DNA of 64,000 bases from Stylophora pistillata. Lineage: Eukaryota. Location of the stretch: NCBI RefSeq assembly GCF_002571385.2, contig NW_019217827.1, positions 962,554 to 1,026,553 of the forward strand, given 5' to 3'. The position numbers were made by a program, and so were the translations under genes. Positions 1 through 15,200 of the stretch are shown piece after piece. Numbering within the stretch: position 1 is the first letter of the stretch; each line of letters opens with the position of its first letter. Under the pieces are notes generated by a model. The model searched no databases, was not told the origin of the DNA, and was given only the letters and a program-made list of their open reading frames with translations.

Positions 1-135
1 GGGAAGGCGGGTGACCCGTGATGGATTATTTTCTCGTGGGGAAGGGAAGTGTAGCAGTATTTCTGATCGCTTCTTTAGGTCAGAACTTACTCATGAAGTG
101 AAATCGATTGAATATTATTTCTTTAACTCTTTTAG

Positions 136-261
136 CAAAATGTGTTTCCTGATCGTGGAACTGTTTACGACTTTTATTTCGTGAAACAAGCCAGTGGCTC
201 GTGGAACAACTGGATTGAAAGGGTAGACAAAGCTAAAACTGCCATTCCAAAGGATGCAAAG
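136..261 (+). CDS. DNAH3: dynein HC exon
   Basis: AG|[15 protein letters not shown]...DAK|GT. Confidence 0.85.
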
Positions 262-3200
262 GTATATCGTCCACTGCGTCTTTCCCACCGCTTCTTGCTA
301 TTCCTGAGAGGTGTAACTTGCCCTCCTTACAGTCACACAAGCCTCTGTTTATATGTTGTTGCTCATCGCATGAAGACATTACCTTTAAGCCCAGCAATAC
401 ATGGACAAGAAATCTTTTTCTTTCCTTCGTAAACAAGCTTAAAAGGTCTCAGTTTTTCATCTGAGTGGTCTTCACTTCTTTACTTGGGTCAAAGGCTATT
501 TAGAAGCTTATTTTCCAATTCGAAAATTAGTTCGATTTCTCAGTCTAACATATCCAATTACTTCGGCAACGTAAGTATTAAGACATTTCCAATGTGACAC
601 TCAAATTAAACTTTGTCCAATGGGAATTGGACCATAAGTAATGGTCTGCCGGGTTCGAAAAAGAAAAACCAGATAGGCGATAAATATCAAAAAAGGGTCA
701 GGCTGGGAAAGGATGGAGAAAGAAAACGCATATTTTAACCTTTTTTTTTTGGGTGAACAGGTCAGCGAGCTGATGATTCCTACAGATGAAACTGCTCGGC
801 AGATGTTTTTCTTGGAAGCTTTCCTCACTCATGGGAAGCCATTGCTGTTTATTGGTCCCACGGGAACAGGAAAGTCCGCCATCACTAACAACTACATCGT
901 TAGGATGCCCAAAGAAAAGTAGGCTGTTGTTGTGTCGGTTATTATCGTATCTGAAAGAAACTTCCACTGCTACTTTAAAAAATTATTGATTTAAAAATTT
1001 GAGAGGTAAATTCAAAAGATAGCACTTTGTATCTCTTCTTGTAATGGTAAATATGCGAGATAAATGATGAATAGATGTTAAATACTAAAGTAGAGCGTGG
1101 ACGGTAAGCACTCGCTCGGTGACCTTTTGAACATTACATGTGTGTAAGCAAAAAAAAAAGCTTACATGTGTGTAAGCAAAAAAAAAAAAGCTTATCCATT
1201 TAATGTCAGCTGTTTAATTAGTTTGAGTGACGCACGATTTTCGTTAAAGACATAACTGAGTTGGCTAGCCGTTTGACGTTTAAAGTCAAGAACAAGTCTG
1301 AACTAAAAAAGGATAAAGCTATGATAAATTTACGATAAGTTGTTGCTTTGTTTCAGGTATCTTCCAATCAACATAAACTTCTCAGCGCGAACCAGTGCAG
1401 GTCAAACTCAGGACATCATTATGGCTAAGCTAGACAGGTAAAACTGGTCAACTTCAAAATTCTCTTATTTGGCCATAAACGTTCTTCTACCTCTCTGACA
1501 GAATATCAGTTTTGGCCATTATTGTTACCTTCAGCTAATAGCTCGTATTTTTCATATTTTTAACCCTTTTTTCGTGATATTAGCTTGATGACGAGCATAT
1601 TTCTTAAATCAAATCTTCAAAGTGAAAGCAAAACAGAGCTACGATTGTGCCAACTGACAGGCTACTTGTAAACTTCCGGTATGTTGATTTATTGCAGGCG
1701 TCGCAAGGGAGTGTACGGTCCACCTCCTGGTAAGAAATGTGTTGTGTTTGTGGATGATCTCAACATGCCGTCTAAGGAGAAGTATGGTGCCCAGCCCCCC
1801 ATTGAGTTGTTGAGACAGGTGAGGTTTTCTCTGAGAACAGAATTAGCGACAGAGTTGGAAGAATTTGGATACATTAACAAAGTTGAAATGGTAAATTGGC
1901 CACCGTAACGATTACAAAAGCTGACGTTTCGAGCGTTAGCCCTTCGTCGGAGCGAAGAGTTGGAAAAACGCACATGTCAGAAACTTGCTTTCGAATCCAT
2001 AGCAACGGTTAGGGCAGCTGAAAACGACGGTAATGAAGGATAATAAATGATAAAAATTATTTGTTGTATGCTTGTACTTGTCCTTGTACTTTGTTTTAAA
2101 ATTGATTTTGTTGATTTGCCCCCCAGTGGCAGAATCATTCTCACTGGTATGACCGCAAGGATACATCCAAATTGGAACTTATGGATATGGTAGGCGTCTG
2201 TAGTCTACAAACAATTCTATTGGGAAAATAAACAGTAATTTTACGATATGTTAAGATATTCTCATGTTGAGTATTTTTAAATAGTGCCTTGTCTGACATT
2301 TCGTATTACAGTCGTTTTTTGGAGAAAAAGAATATATTTGTCTATTCCGACCGAACTAAAACTATCACCACCTGTTGTTATCTGTTTAACACACGACGCT
2401 TTTAGCCGACATAGCTGGCTGATTCTAGGAGTGCGCAGGGCGCTTGTCACATGTGAACCTGGAATACTGCTTAGCTCGCTCATGAGTTCTTTGTAGCTCT
2501 GCAATAGAGCATCGAAGACAGAAATATGATGGTGTAAGGTTCGATCCCTCTTGGGGACTAATTTTTTTTCCCTTGTTCCACTTATAAGAAATAAATAACA
2601 TCTTCTGATGTTTATTCGACGATCAAACTAAAAAAAGAAGATTTCAATACCATCCTTCTTCATCTTAGGTCTTTGGAACGAGTGCCCTTGTCTACATGTT
2701 GTCTGTCGGTATTCCATCGTATTCTAGTACAGAGTACACAAACCTTCTCAAGACTAACCTATTTGTTTATTTCAGCTGTTCGTGTCAGCAATGGGACCTC
2801 CAGGTGGTGGCCGTAATGACATCTCTGATCGATTTACACGCCATATGAATATCATATCTATTGACTCATTTGATGATAACACTATGACTAAGATATTCAC
2901 CTCCATTGTGGACTGGCACTTTGCTAAGGGATTTGACTCTTCCTTCGGAAGACTGGGAAAGGTAAGGCCGATGTTACCCTGGATTGCGTATCCTTGCATG
3001 CACTTTGATGAAAATTCTAAAAATGAATTAGTAATGTTGAAATTTAGCAATGATACACATTCGAGGTGGGTCTTCCACTGCTGTTCTGTATATCGAACTG
3101 GTATTAGGAGTGTTTATATTTCGTAGGGGGGAAACCGCGGGCTCATTTCCCGATCAGTAGTTGGTAATTTTTTAACACTTGAGAAACAGCGCGAGAATGG

Positions 3201-6200
3201 AATCGAAGTGTTTAAGTGTAATGCAATTTCTTTACGAATTGTGATTAACATTTGAGGAATGACATACTTCGGGATTCTTGCAGATCCTTGTTCAAGCAAC
3301 AATGCAGGTATACAAGTCTGTCGTGGAGAAATTCCTTCCCACCCCTAGCAAGTCACACTATGTCTTTAACCTGCGTGATTTCGCGCGCGTCGTGTTTGGA
3401 GTACTCCTCGTTCCCTCCACACACCTTCAAGAGGGGGATAAGTTGATTCGACTGTGGATCCACGAAGTGTACCGAGTGTTTTACGATCGGCTAATCGACA
3501 ACAACGATCGAGTGATGTTCTTTGAGATGATGAAAGAGACAACTAAACAGCAGTTTAAGAAAGACATGGATGGCTTACTGGACCACATCGTGCCAACAGG
3601 ACAGAAACTCAAGGATGATCATATCAGGTTAATTTCTTGTCATTTTATGACATTTTGTAGAACCAAAACCAAGATGATCATAGTAATTAATCAGAATAAG
3701 ATAAATCCCTTTTGGAAGCGAATGAGAACTCGAAGTAGCAACCGGCAAACTGCTTGAAACTCGGGTGACCAAGTCGTGGTAGGTTTTGACAACGCAAAGT
3801 GGGGTAAAACTAGTACAATCTTGCATTGCTTTTGCAAAAATAAGTTCTTAGCAGAAATTATCTTGATCTTGGGCCATCAAAGTTTGCTCCCTCCCCTGAA
3901 GAAAAGACTCTCGTCGATGCACAAAGTAAAACTCCTTTAAAACGAAACTCTCGCAAAATTTCCACTTATGCCATAAGGTGTTGTATGTTTATTGTGTTAT
4001 GCTGTTGGTTTTTTCAGGAGTTTATTTTTTGGTGACTACATGGTCCCCGATAGCGCTGAACGAATCTATGATGAAGTCACCGATTTAACACTGTTAACTC
4101 AACAAATGGAAGGGTATGCGAACATTTGTTACTCACTTTATTACCGCGAAGGCCTTGAACAATCGGTTTTGATCCTCATAGATAATGTAAAGAGGCTTTC
4201 CTCAGCCTATTTTTTTCAATTTGTGGTCGTGTTCTACCTTTTGAAGGTTTGTTTCTGTAGAGCCTCCTTGACGCGCGCTTCTTGTATGATTCTAGATACC
4301 TAGATGAGTTTAATCAGATGAGCAAGACGCCGATGTCTCTTGTGATGTTCAAGTTCGCCATTGAGCACATCTCGCGAGTAGCTCGCGTATTGAAACAAGA
4401 CAATGGACACTGTCTACTCGTCGGTAAGCAGTTGGACAGTTGTGACACAGATCTCAGTGAAACCGAGTGTTTTTTTTTTTTTTTTTTTCAATTAAATTTT
4501 GTAAAAGCAAACAAAAATAGTCACGAAAGTAGATAACACACTCACATAAATTCACGCGAAAACAAGCAAACTGCTAGACGGGCGGAGAATTCAAAGATGT
4601 ATCTTTGAATTAGTTGGGAAGGTGCCGTGGCGCGCGTTTTCAAGGCCAGTTACGCAGCAAATTGAAGCAAATTCATTGCAATGCTCTCAGTACTCTTGAT
4701 GCTCAAAATTGTTGTACCTGAAAGTAATAACTGTACCAATAAACTAAAGCAGTTCCTTCTGACCAATCGCCTTGCCCCTTTCGCTCCCAAGATCTCATTA
4801 GTAATTCTCCTTACTGTCTGCCATACAAACCTTATGATGTTAGTTTGGAGAATTTGGTATTGGATCAACTAGTAATCCTTTAATTGTTATCTTTCTTTAT
4901 TCTCATCACTTGTCTGCTTGATGTTGTATTGATATTGTAAGGAGAAATTCTGCCTTGGTCACTCATAAGAGTGTAAGAGTTAACAGAGAGAAGCGTAACC
5001 AAGAATAAGAAGTCTTGGAAAACAACGGAAAAGTAACGAAAACCAAACATAAAGAGGCATCTTCTCACGCGCTTGATATTCAATGAGTAAAGCAGAAAGT
5101 GCTTTGTTTTCTTATATTTGTAATGATCTTGTAAGTGTCGCTGTTTTTCAGGTATTGGCGGAAGTGGTCGTCAAAGTGCAACCCGTTTGGCTACATTCAT
5201 GGCGGACTATGATCTTTTCCAAATTGAGATAACTAGAAACTACACGAAGAATGAATGGAGAGAGGACGTCAAAAAGGTAGCAGAAATGATTTTTCGGTTC
5301 CACTCAAGTATTATTCACTGAAAAGCAATTCTTACCATTGTGAAGAAGTTTGAACCTTGGGCTTCCAAACTAGTACGGTCTCCCCTATCCAACAGTGTCT
5401 TCCTTCAGTAGTAGTCGGTTTTTTTTTTTCGTTAGTCGTCGAGAGAATCGATTAAATGACACTTATTTTTGACGGTTGAATAACTTCCCACTTTCTTGCA
5501 GATGCTGATCAAAGCCGGGGTGGACGGAAAGCAGACAGTGTTCCTGTTCAGTGACAATCAAATTAAGGAAGAGTCATTTGTGGAGGATATCAATATGATT
5601 CTGAATACTGGTGATGTTCCAAACATCTTTCCCGCAGATGAGAAGGCGGACGTTATTGAAAAGATGCAAACTGTGGCCAGAGTAGAGGTAAGGAAAAACA
5701 AATCAGCAAAGTAGAGCTTTACTGTGAACGCGAAAGAACTCCGGAGATCATTTGTAAGGGACATTTAGTCCAAGTTCACACAGTCTTTGTCCTTCATATT
5801 TAAGAAAGAATCCTTGTCTTTTAAAAGATAAAGCCAAAAGGTCCCAAATTAAAGCTCATTGCCGTGAACAGTCAAAAAATATTTACCAATCAAAGCGTGT
5901 TTAGCATAATTGTCAGTGAATGATCACACATATGGTAACTTTTCCGTCTTCGTGATTGTGGAGGAAATGGTCTTTCATAATCTTTTTTTATGTTTGGGTA
6001 TCCAAAATAATTATTACGTTTGATTTTCTGCTGACAAAACTTTTGTAAATCACTGAACACGAAGTGTGTACAGAAACGCACAAAGACCACAAGTAAAACG
6101 CATGCGCGCGCATTGAAGTCTGCACTAGAGCTGACGTGTGCAGATGTCGTTACAATTGATGATTATGATGTCAGTCAAATCCGTTTTTCTCCACTAGCAA

Positions 6201-9200
6201 CAAGTTTGGGTGAAAAACAGCCGATCAGAAGCTTACTTTTTCATCTCAAAGCTAACGTGTATCAAATCATCGCTGCGTTGGCGACCGCCTCACTGAAACT
6301 ACCTTGCTATTCTATAAAACGCATTTTTTATTTTAACAAAGATTTGGAAAGAAGAAGAAAGACAAGAAAGAAGGAAGCTCTGAATTCAAAGAAAACTGCG
6401 TCGATAATTTTCTTACAATGATTGCTTTTGGCGCGCGTCGGAATCAAACGAGTTTTCCTCGCAATACAGCGAACAACCTTTTTAAAGTGAGTGGCACCTT
6501 ATTTGCAAATGTTTGTAACTCACATATTTTTTTTTTTTTTCTTGCAGGGCCGTAAAATCGACGCTACCCCGCTGGCGATGTACAACTTCTTTATCGAGCG
6601 AGTCCGTGCGAATCTTCATGTGGTATTGGCTATGAGTCCCATTGGTGATGCTTTCAGAAGCCGAATGCGAATGTTTCCTTCACTCATCAACTGTTGTACT
6701 ATCGACTGGTTCCAGGTAATTGCATCAGATATCCTCGCTGAATAGATACTTGTTTTTTTGAAGTCAAGGGTTCGTCAAAGTGCAAACAACGTAAGTAATG
6801 AATACAGCGTGATACTGAGCACCATATCTGTCAAAAGTTAGCGAATGAAAGATCTACAATGTAATTGTTTGGATTCTTGTAACAAATTATGTCTTTGTGT
6901 GTCCCAGGCATGGCCGGAAGACGCACTGGAGATGGTGGCCAACAAATTTCTTGAAGAAGTGGACATGGCCCACGAAGTTCGTAAAAAATGTGTGTACATG
7001 TGCAAGTATTTCCATGAGAGTGTCAGAGAATTATCAGACAGGTGAGGGTGTTGCACCTAGTTCGGGTAGCTGACAAAGTTTTCATCGTCAGGATTTAACT
7101 TGAAATATAGCTTTGTAATGATTAACTTCAGCTTAGTTTAGTAAAAAACGCACTTTCTTTCAAATTTCCTCTTATTCTCGTGCATTTGCACGCATAATTT
7201 ACTAAAGATAAACCTGAGCCTGAAACAGGGAAACAGATAAACAAGCTATTGAAGAGGTCTCTTGGTCTCTTACGCCGGTAAACCAAAGAAAGAGCTTTTT
7301 CGTTGTCTTTTAAAGCAGCCATTGGTTGTTTGTTTTCAATTAGCAATAGGTTTTTGCCCGACCAATTTGAGCACGCGGAGTATTATAATATCAGTTATGA
7401 GACAATACTAGGTAAATGGAAATGGACATACGTTAACGTAAAGGTGTGTTCTAAAGATTTTGTACTCGAATCAAGTCTCCCAGTCTCCCCACTCCTCCCA
7501 GTGTGGAATGCTAGTCCATCGCAAAGTGACCCTACAGCATTTCATCAGGGTTCCCTGACAATTCGCAAGTTCTCATTAACACTCCTTGGTGGAGAGAGGC
7601 ATTGTGACAACATAGCGTTTCGCCTCAGAGCACAACATATTGACTCGGCCAGGTGTCGAACCTTGACCTCTAAACCCGCAGCCAAGAGCACTAACCATAA
7701 GACCATTGCGTCTTCCACTGGTGTGGGAGAATGTGAAACCTGCAGTATTTAGTAGGCATTTGGACGAGTCAGCTGTATGTTACAGATTTGATCAACAGTT
7801 TTTCATCTTATGTCTTTCCACAGCTTTTACGACTCTCTAAGACGCCGTAATTACGTCACGCCTACGTCTTATCTTGAACTCATCATGACGTTCAAGAAAC
7901 TCTTGGACATCAAACGACAAGAAATAATGACACTCAAACAGCGTTACGTCACAGGTTTGGAGAAGTTGGACTTCGCTTCCTCCCAAGTATCCGTCATGCA
8001 ACAAGAGCTCAGTGATCTGCAACCAGAGCTCATCAAGACCTCAGCGGAAACGGAAAAACTGATGGTAAAAATTGAACAGGATACTGTTGAAGTTGAAGCC
8101 AAGAAAGAGGTGAGGTCGTAATGGTTTACTTTTTAATGTTCTGATTTTCTTGTTAATTATCAGTTTTCCTAAATTGCCGTACATCTTTATCGTGCTTACC
8201 GTCAGCGAATAATCTTTCTTTCATATTTTTTTCATGATATAAATGACAATTTTGGCATCGGGTTTCCTATTTTGATTTTGTAGGAATGAATTGTGAACCT
8301 GTCACTAAGTTACCTTATAATATCTGTCAGTTCGAACTTGCGCGAGTTTGGTCAATTTAGCAGGCCGTATTTCACTGTACTAACCGTATTCTAAGTCACG
8401 GACCGAGTTTTCCTGCTTGAATTTACGGCCCAACATAATAAATAAGGGTTATTAGCCTGGCATTTCTTTTTATGAAGTAATATTTACGATTTATTTTTTT
8501 CTTTTGATCTGTTAGGTTGTAGCAGCTGACGAGGCAGTAGCCAGTGAAGCAGCTGCTGTAGCAAAAGGAATAAAGGAGGAATGCGAGAGTGATTTGGCAG
8601 AAGCCATGCCGGCGCTAGAGGCGGCCATGCAGGCCCTGAACACACTCAAACCAAGCGACATTAGCATGGTTAAAACCATGAAGGTAATGTCAATTTCTGG
8701 GTGAAAATATCATCACTGTTGTTTGTGTTTGCATTAAATGTGGTTCTTCATCCAGCCATGACATTTAAGTTAAATTGCACCAACGAAACAGAGAATGTGT
8801 GCTTTCAAACCAGTAAAAATGTTAAGTAATGAAGACTTGTGTCACTTGATTACTATGAAGGTAGTAAGCACTATTTCAGGATTATAAATGGATCTTGGTT
8901 TAGACTTCTGCCAATGAAAGCGCTCAGTACAACTATCGGTGAGGTATTATCTTGACTGAAGGCATAAACTGGAATACGTTTTAACAGTAACATCGTCTAT
9001 AGCAAAGCAATGTCATTTGAAGTTCAAACTTCACACAAGCATTGGGTTAGCTTAATTGTATGTTAAACATCAGTACCCTGGTTTACCATAATTTATCAAG
9101 TTCTGACTGGTTCTTAATGTATTTCACATTTTTGACATGATTTCGTCTTGACACCCTTTGACTTGCACTAACGCATGGCGTGCTTAAATTTTTAGAACCC

Positions 9201-12200
9201 ACCTGCTGCAGTGAAACTGGTCATGGAAGCTGTATGCATCATGAAAGGCCTTAAACCCGAAAGAAAACCTGATCCCTCGGGCTCGGGACGAATGGTAGAA
9301 GACTACTGGGGACCTTCTCAGAAGATGCTGGGAGACATGAAATTTTTGGAGTCTTTGAAAGTTTACGACAAGGATAACATTCCAGCAGCCATTATTAAAA
9401 AGATCAGAGATAAGTGAGTTGGGTGTCTTCAGCTTTGCTTCCTTTATTTGACTTCGTTAGTAAGAAAGCATTTCCGTTCCTGCTTTATTTATGACGTTTA
9501 AACTCTGAATTTATTTCAGCGGATCTTTAATCGTATATTTTCAAAATCACGTTTTTATTACAAAATTAATTTCCAAGCGTTCTAATGATCAGCGAAACTT
9601 TGTACAAATTGAAACGTATTTGCGTTTAACGGAACATACTCTTATTCTATCCTCCAGTTTTGCATGTATTATCGCCATATCGCCTTTTCTATGTTTCTTT
9701 TAGTTTTCTGTAGTTCCAGGCTGAAGTTTGGATGGGCACAGCCCAAATTGATCATAACCTTTTATTACATCTTCCCTTCAAGAACTCTGTCAGGAACTAA
9801 ATTACATGTCTCTTTGCTTTCGTTCTTTTCAGATATGTAACTAATCCTGATTTTGACCCCAATAACATTCGCTCAGTCTCCTCAGCTTGCGAAGGATTAT
9901 GTAGATGGGTTCGCGCTATGGAAGTTTACGAAAGAGTTGCGAAGGTACGCTCCTTAAGATGTTCCACTAAAGCCCTTAGATCAACACTATGCTTTGTTGG
10001 TGCTGCGCGTTTTCAGTTTCAAACAAATCATTAAGGGAATAAAGGAAATTACTTACCAGACTCTCATGTAACGTCACCAAGCACTATCATAGTACTTTTT
10101 CCCTTATGAAAATAATTTTGCTGTTCTCTGTGGGTGGGAAGATATCATCCTGAAGTAACGCAGTCTGTTCCAAGCCTGTTGACTTCTATGATATGCAGTA
10201 TTTTTTTTTTTTTTGGTAGGTTGTCGCACCCAAGAAGATAAAGCTTGCTGAAGCAGAGGCCGAACTTTCCGTGCAAATGGAGAAATTAAACGCCAAGCGA
10301 GCTCAGCTGAAAGAGGTTGGTTTATTGCCGAGTTCTAAATAACATAAAAATCGATACGTTGGCCTCCAATGAAAAAGAAATCTCGTGAACACCTCACTTT
10401 GAATGGTTCGCCCTGCGTTATCGTACACTTGCACTATTTTCTTTTAGTATATTCTGAAACAGTGGATAGCGTTGAAGGCGCGCTCTGATTGGCTACTCAA
10501 ACTCCGAGAAACTCGCGATTTGCGCCCCCAAAAAAAGTCAAAATAGTATTTTTGAGCTACATTATCTCAATGTTTACAGCAGAGCTGTATATACTATCCA
10601 GCACTAGTTACCTCCTCTTTGGTGAATAGCTGTTAATTAATGTACTTTTGTACAACAGAATTTTCTTTCTGTTGGATAAATTCTTGATCTTGATCGTCCT
10701 TTTCAAAAGCATCTATTTTTGCAACAATTAGCCGGTGACTATTTTTTTAAAGCGTAACATAACGCCATGTACGTTTTTTCGATCGAATTCCTTCATAGAA
10801 CAATTCATAGTGAAAGCTGTGTTACTTTGCATCGTTCCTATTGGCTCCTGGAAGGACCGTCTGATTACCGTTCACCATTATTCGTTGATAACTTTTTCGA
10901 CTCTCTTTCTTGCGAAGGTTGTCGATAAACTTCAAGCGCTGAATGACGAATTTGACGCGATGACCAACAAGAAGAAGGAATTGGAGGCCAACATTCTGAT
11001 CTGCGAGCAGAAGCTGGACCGAGCGGAAAAACTGATTGGAGGACTGGGAGGCGAGAAAGACCGCTGGACGGAAGCAGCGCGGGTGCTGGGTGAGAGATAT
11101 GACAGGATCACTGGTGATGTACTTCTGTCTTCAGGGGTAGTGGCATACCTGGGCCCTTTCACAGTCGACTTTAGGAACGTAAGTTAAACCATGTTGAAGA
11201 AAACCCCGTTTAAAGCACGCAAAAAAAAAAAACAGCTCACAAACATGTTTCATTTTGTGCGACTCTGTGATCTCTGTTGCGTATCAGCTCGCTAGAACCA
11301 AAGTTAAGTTGGGTTTCTGTGAAATCAGAAGGTCAATTTAAAAAGTTTACTAAGGGATGTGGAGTAATGCCGTTCTTCTCGAAAGGTGTCTGAAATACTG
11401 CCAATTTATTACCTTTGACATCAAACAACAGTCCAGTTCCTCCCCTCCTCCCCCCCGCTCCTCTTTTTAGAGATATTCAATTTTTTAAAGTTCTATATTT
11501 GGAATTACTCCTTAAAATTAGTGGATCTTATTCCTGTCTTTTCTCTCCGTTCTCAGGACTGTATATTCAGTTGGGTAGAACAATGCAATGTTAAAAAGAT
11601 CCCATGTTCGGAATCGTTCTCTCTGAATGCGACTCTTGGTAGCCCAGTAAAGATTCGCGCGTGGAACATTGCTGGTCTTCCTGTGGATTCCTTCTCAGTT
11701 GACAACGGCATTGTTGTGGATAATGCACGAAGATGGCCGCTTATGATAGACCCTCAAGGTACGAGTGACATTCAAGATCCATAACTAAACTCTACACGGT
11801 TTTCCATGCAGTTTGCATTATTTATGTGGAGAGAATTCGTTAATAGATCCAACTGTGTTTGTATATATTTTTTTACACATTTAGGTCAAGCCAATAAATG
11901 GATCAAGAACATGGAGAAGGAAAACAAACTATCCGTGATCAAACTTTCTGACTCAAATTACATCCGTACCCTGGAAAACAGTATTACGGTGAGAGGAGAA
12001 TGGACAGAAAAATTGTTAAAAAAAGAATGAGTTTTGTTTGTGTCTTCATGTGAAGGGTCCAGTGGCAAGGGGAAAATAGTCAACGCCAAAATCTAAATTT
12101 CATGATAAAGGAAGTTTTCCAAAGGTGGTTAACGCTCATTGATAGCAGCGGAGTGAGTGTGAGAGGTCAAGGTCAACTAAGAGTTGCAACTTGAAGGGGT

Positions 12201-15200
12201 CAGTTGTTGCTTACGTAGGGCGCAAGCTCAAGTCGCCCCTCAGTTGTGATATAAGCCACACTTTTTTCCCTGTTAGACTTTCGCATCCGGCTGGCATGAC
12301 TCCGAATTGATGAAAACCGCTCTTTTTGTAGTGTCCTTCGACGTAAACAGTTAAGCATGGACTTTTGAGTCGACTTGTAAAACTTCACTTGGGGGCCAAT
12401 AACATTGAAAGGAGATATAAGAACTATGTTTCTGGAGAAAATCATCTCAGTTTCAAGCAAAAAGACACCCATTTTTTTTTTGTAACACGAGAAAAGCCAA
12501 ACCCTCAAAGTAGTCGAAACTTTCTGAAGTATAATGAATGTTTCCTGAACGCGTTGTTCGGTGTATTTAGTTTGGTACGCCAGTGTTGATGGAAAATGTT
12601 GGAGAAGAATTGGATCCCATACTTGAGCCTTTACTTCTAAAACAGACATTCAAACAAGGCGGCGTGGAGGTATGTTTTTACCTAAGACCCGAAACATTCT
12701 TTGGAATGAATAAATCATTGGCTGATCTCATCTGAGATTGAAGTGGGTGCTGCGTAGGTGGGAGAGTATATCAAGTTAATTTGGCCGTTTATCAACTGAG
12801 TTGGTAATGTAAATAAGCTACCGTAAAGAGTTCCTAAAGTTGATCTTTCGAGCGTTAGTCCTTCGTCAGGGCGAATGTTGATAAAACCAAATTATCATCT
12901 AGGAGTGATCAGTCTTTCTGAATTCCATGAAATGATGACTGGATGTGCCTCAACTAGTAATAGCTAGAAGTGTCTCGACTTCTCGTCAGATTTCTTGCAT
13001 ATTTAGTTTCCTGTAACTGAAACCTAATAAAAAATGAAAGAAAGAAAAACATCGGCCAAACAGAGCGAAGAAAAATTTTACAAGAAGACCATGAGATCAT
13101 TGTCTAAGGAGCCAATGAAATCAATGTCTAAGGCGTTAAAAAACGCGAGAGACAAACTGATTGGTTTTTGTTTTACACTTGATTGGTTGAGAAATGGGCC
13201 GAGTTTTCCATATCAATCGCAATGCGTAGTAGGCCCAGATTAAGGTAATGCAAGAGTATTGTCCAATCTCAATGAAACATTTTGTCAGAGGTAGCTCATC
13301 ACAGGTTACCCATGCATTCTGATAAGTTTCTTTACGATAATCAGCGAGCACTGAGTTATAATCCAAGTGGAAAGGCACTGACTCACTATGCAAAGTTAGT
13401 CTCTTGTCCCTTAGCTTGAACACAGCATTGTTAGCACGGCTCTCTAGAACTGCAAGCCTCAAGAACTCACTAGTACAGAGAACCTGCTTTAAAATAGTCG
13501 TTACAATCACTATCTTGCTCTCTTGTTCTGTTTTGCTTAGTACCTCAAACTCGGCGAAAACAGCATCGAGTATTCACGTGACTTCCGATTTTACATCACC
13601 ACGCGCCTGCGTAATCCGCATTACCTGCCGGAAATCTCCGTCAAGGTGACACTTGTGAACTTCATGATCACCCCCCTGGGTCTGGAAGATCAATTGCTGG
13701 GGATTGTAGCCGCTAAAGAGAAACCTGAACTTGAGGAAAAGAAGAATCAGCTTATTTTGGAAAGTGCTGCAAATAAAAAACAGGTGCGATATGAAGAGTG
13801 TAACGGGTGGATTGGGATTGGGATTGGGATTGGGAAGCCAGAACTAAAGGGGCTAGTTACCCCAGGGATTTTATTTAACTTCTCCACTGCAAGGTATGGC
13901 AACCGCAACAGCAGGTAACCAGTTACTGCGGGCCCTGAGAAAGAAAACGATGGGAAAATAACGTAACCCTTAGTGCAATACCCCCGTCTCTACCCCCTAG
14001 ATATAAACGCTAGTTACCCTAGGGTTTTTTATGATTATAAAACAACATGACGTACCCCCAGTGCCATAACCCCCTTGATATGAACGCTCTGTGAAGGATA
14101 CTCATGACTACAAACGAAGCTTGTTTAAAAAATTGAGAGGGTTAAATGGGATTTGTTTTTAAAATTACTTATACATTTATTTATTTTATGTACATGTATT
14201 TATCTCTTCACTTATTTGTTTATTTTTAGCTCAAAGAAATCGAAGATAAGATTCTAGAGGTCTTGTCGTCGTCTGAGGTAATATTTTTATTCTTTTAAAT
14301 GTTATGATCTACTTACAAAAGGCGATGTATTTTTTGAACGTTACCCAAGAACGTTCGGTATGACTTCAGTCACATTAGCGCATTAATTAAAAAAAAAAAG
14401 AATTCGAGGGTGTGCTGTTAGAGCTCAGCTTGGTTATGTTTTGGCATTCAATTTCAAGATCATTTGAACTTGGCAGCCATAGAAGTCAGTTGAAATCTAA
14501 CCTCCGCAAAACGTCTCTCAAATAGTTTCTTTTCATTACCTATGTCACTTATTTATTATAATTATTTGTTTGTTTGGTTTTTTTTTTTATAAAGGGAAAT
14601 ATCTTGGAGGATGAAACCGCAATCAAAATCCTTTCTTCGTCTAAAGTTCTTTCCGAAGAAATCTCTGCCAAGCAGGTAAAGAAATTCAGTTCACACACAA
14701 TGACACACACCACTAATTCTGAATTTTACTTGGCAACATATCTGACCTGCAGTATGCAAATGTTTGGGCAGGCTAGCCAGTCTCACGTTCATAGTTTTCC
14801 AGATTCACTTTTGAATGAAGTTTCATTTTATTTTGGTCAGATTACGAAAGATTGTCTGACATATCGTCGCCAAAATAATTCATTTAATGCCATAATAAAT
14901 ACACCTTCGTGTAAACTGTTTTGGCTGCAGTCCCTTTCCTATCGCTTTCTAAAAGAACGAGGATTGTTTCCAAAGATTGCTTTAAAAGTTTGATGTTTAA
15001 CAGTGAATGCCAACACACTGTTTTCTGGACTCTTCGCTGGATATTTTCTGTTCCGCTTTTTTCTACGTAAGAGCAGCGCGTCTTTGGATACCTGTAGCTT
15101 AAGGTGGCTGAACACAGATTTCGCGCGCGCTTTTGCTGATACAATTCAGCGCGCGCAAAAGGATTGCAAAAAAAGACATGCAGAGCAGTCATTTCGCTAA

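Noticed and set aside
1133-1195. 28-bp tandem duplication ending in poly(A); similar one at ~29836-29902 with (TA)n
   Set aside because: Simple slippage or assembly artefact next to low-complexity runs.
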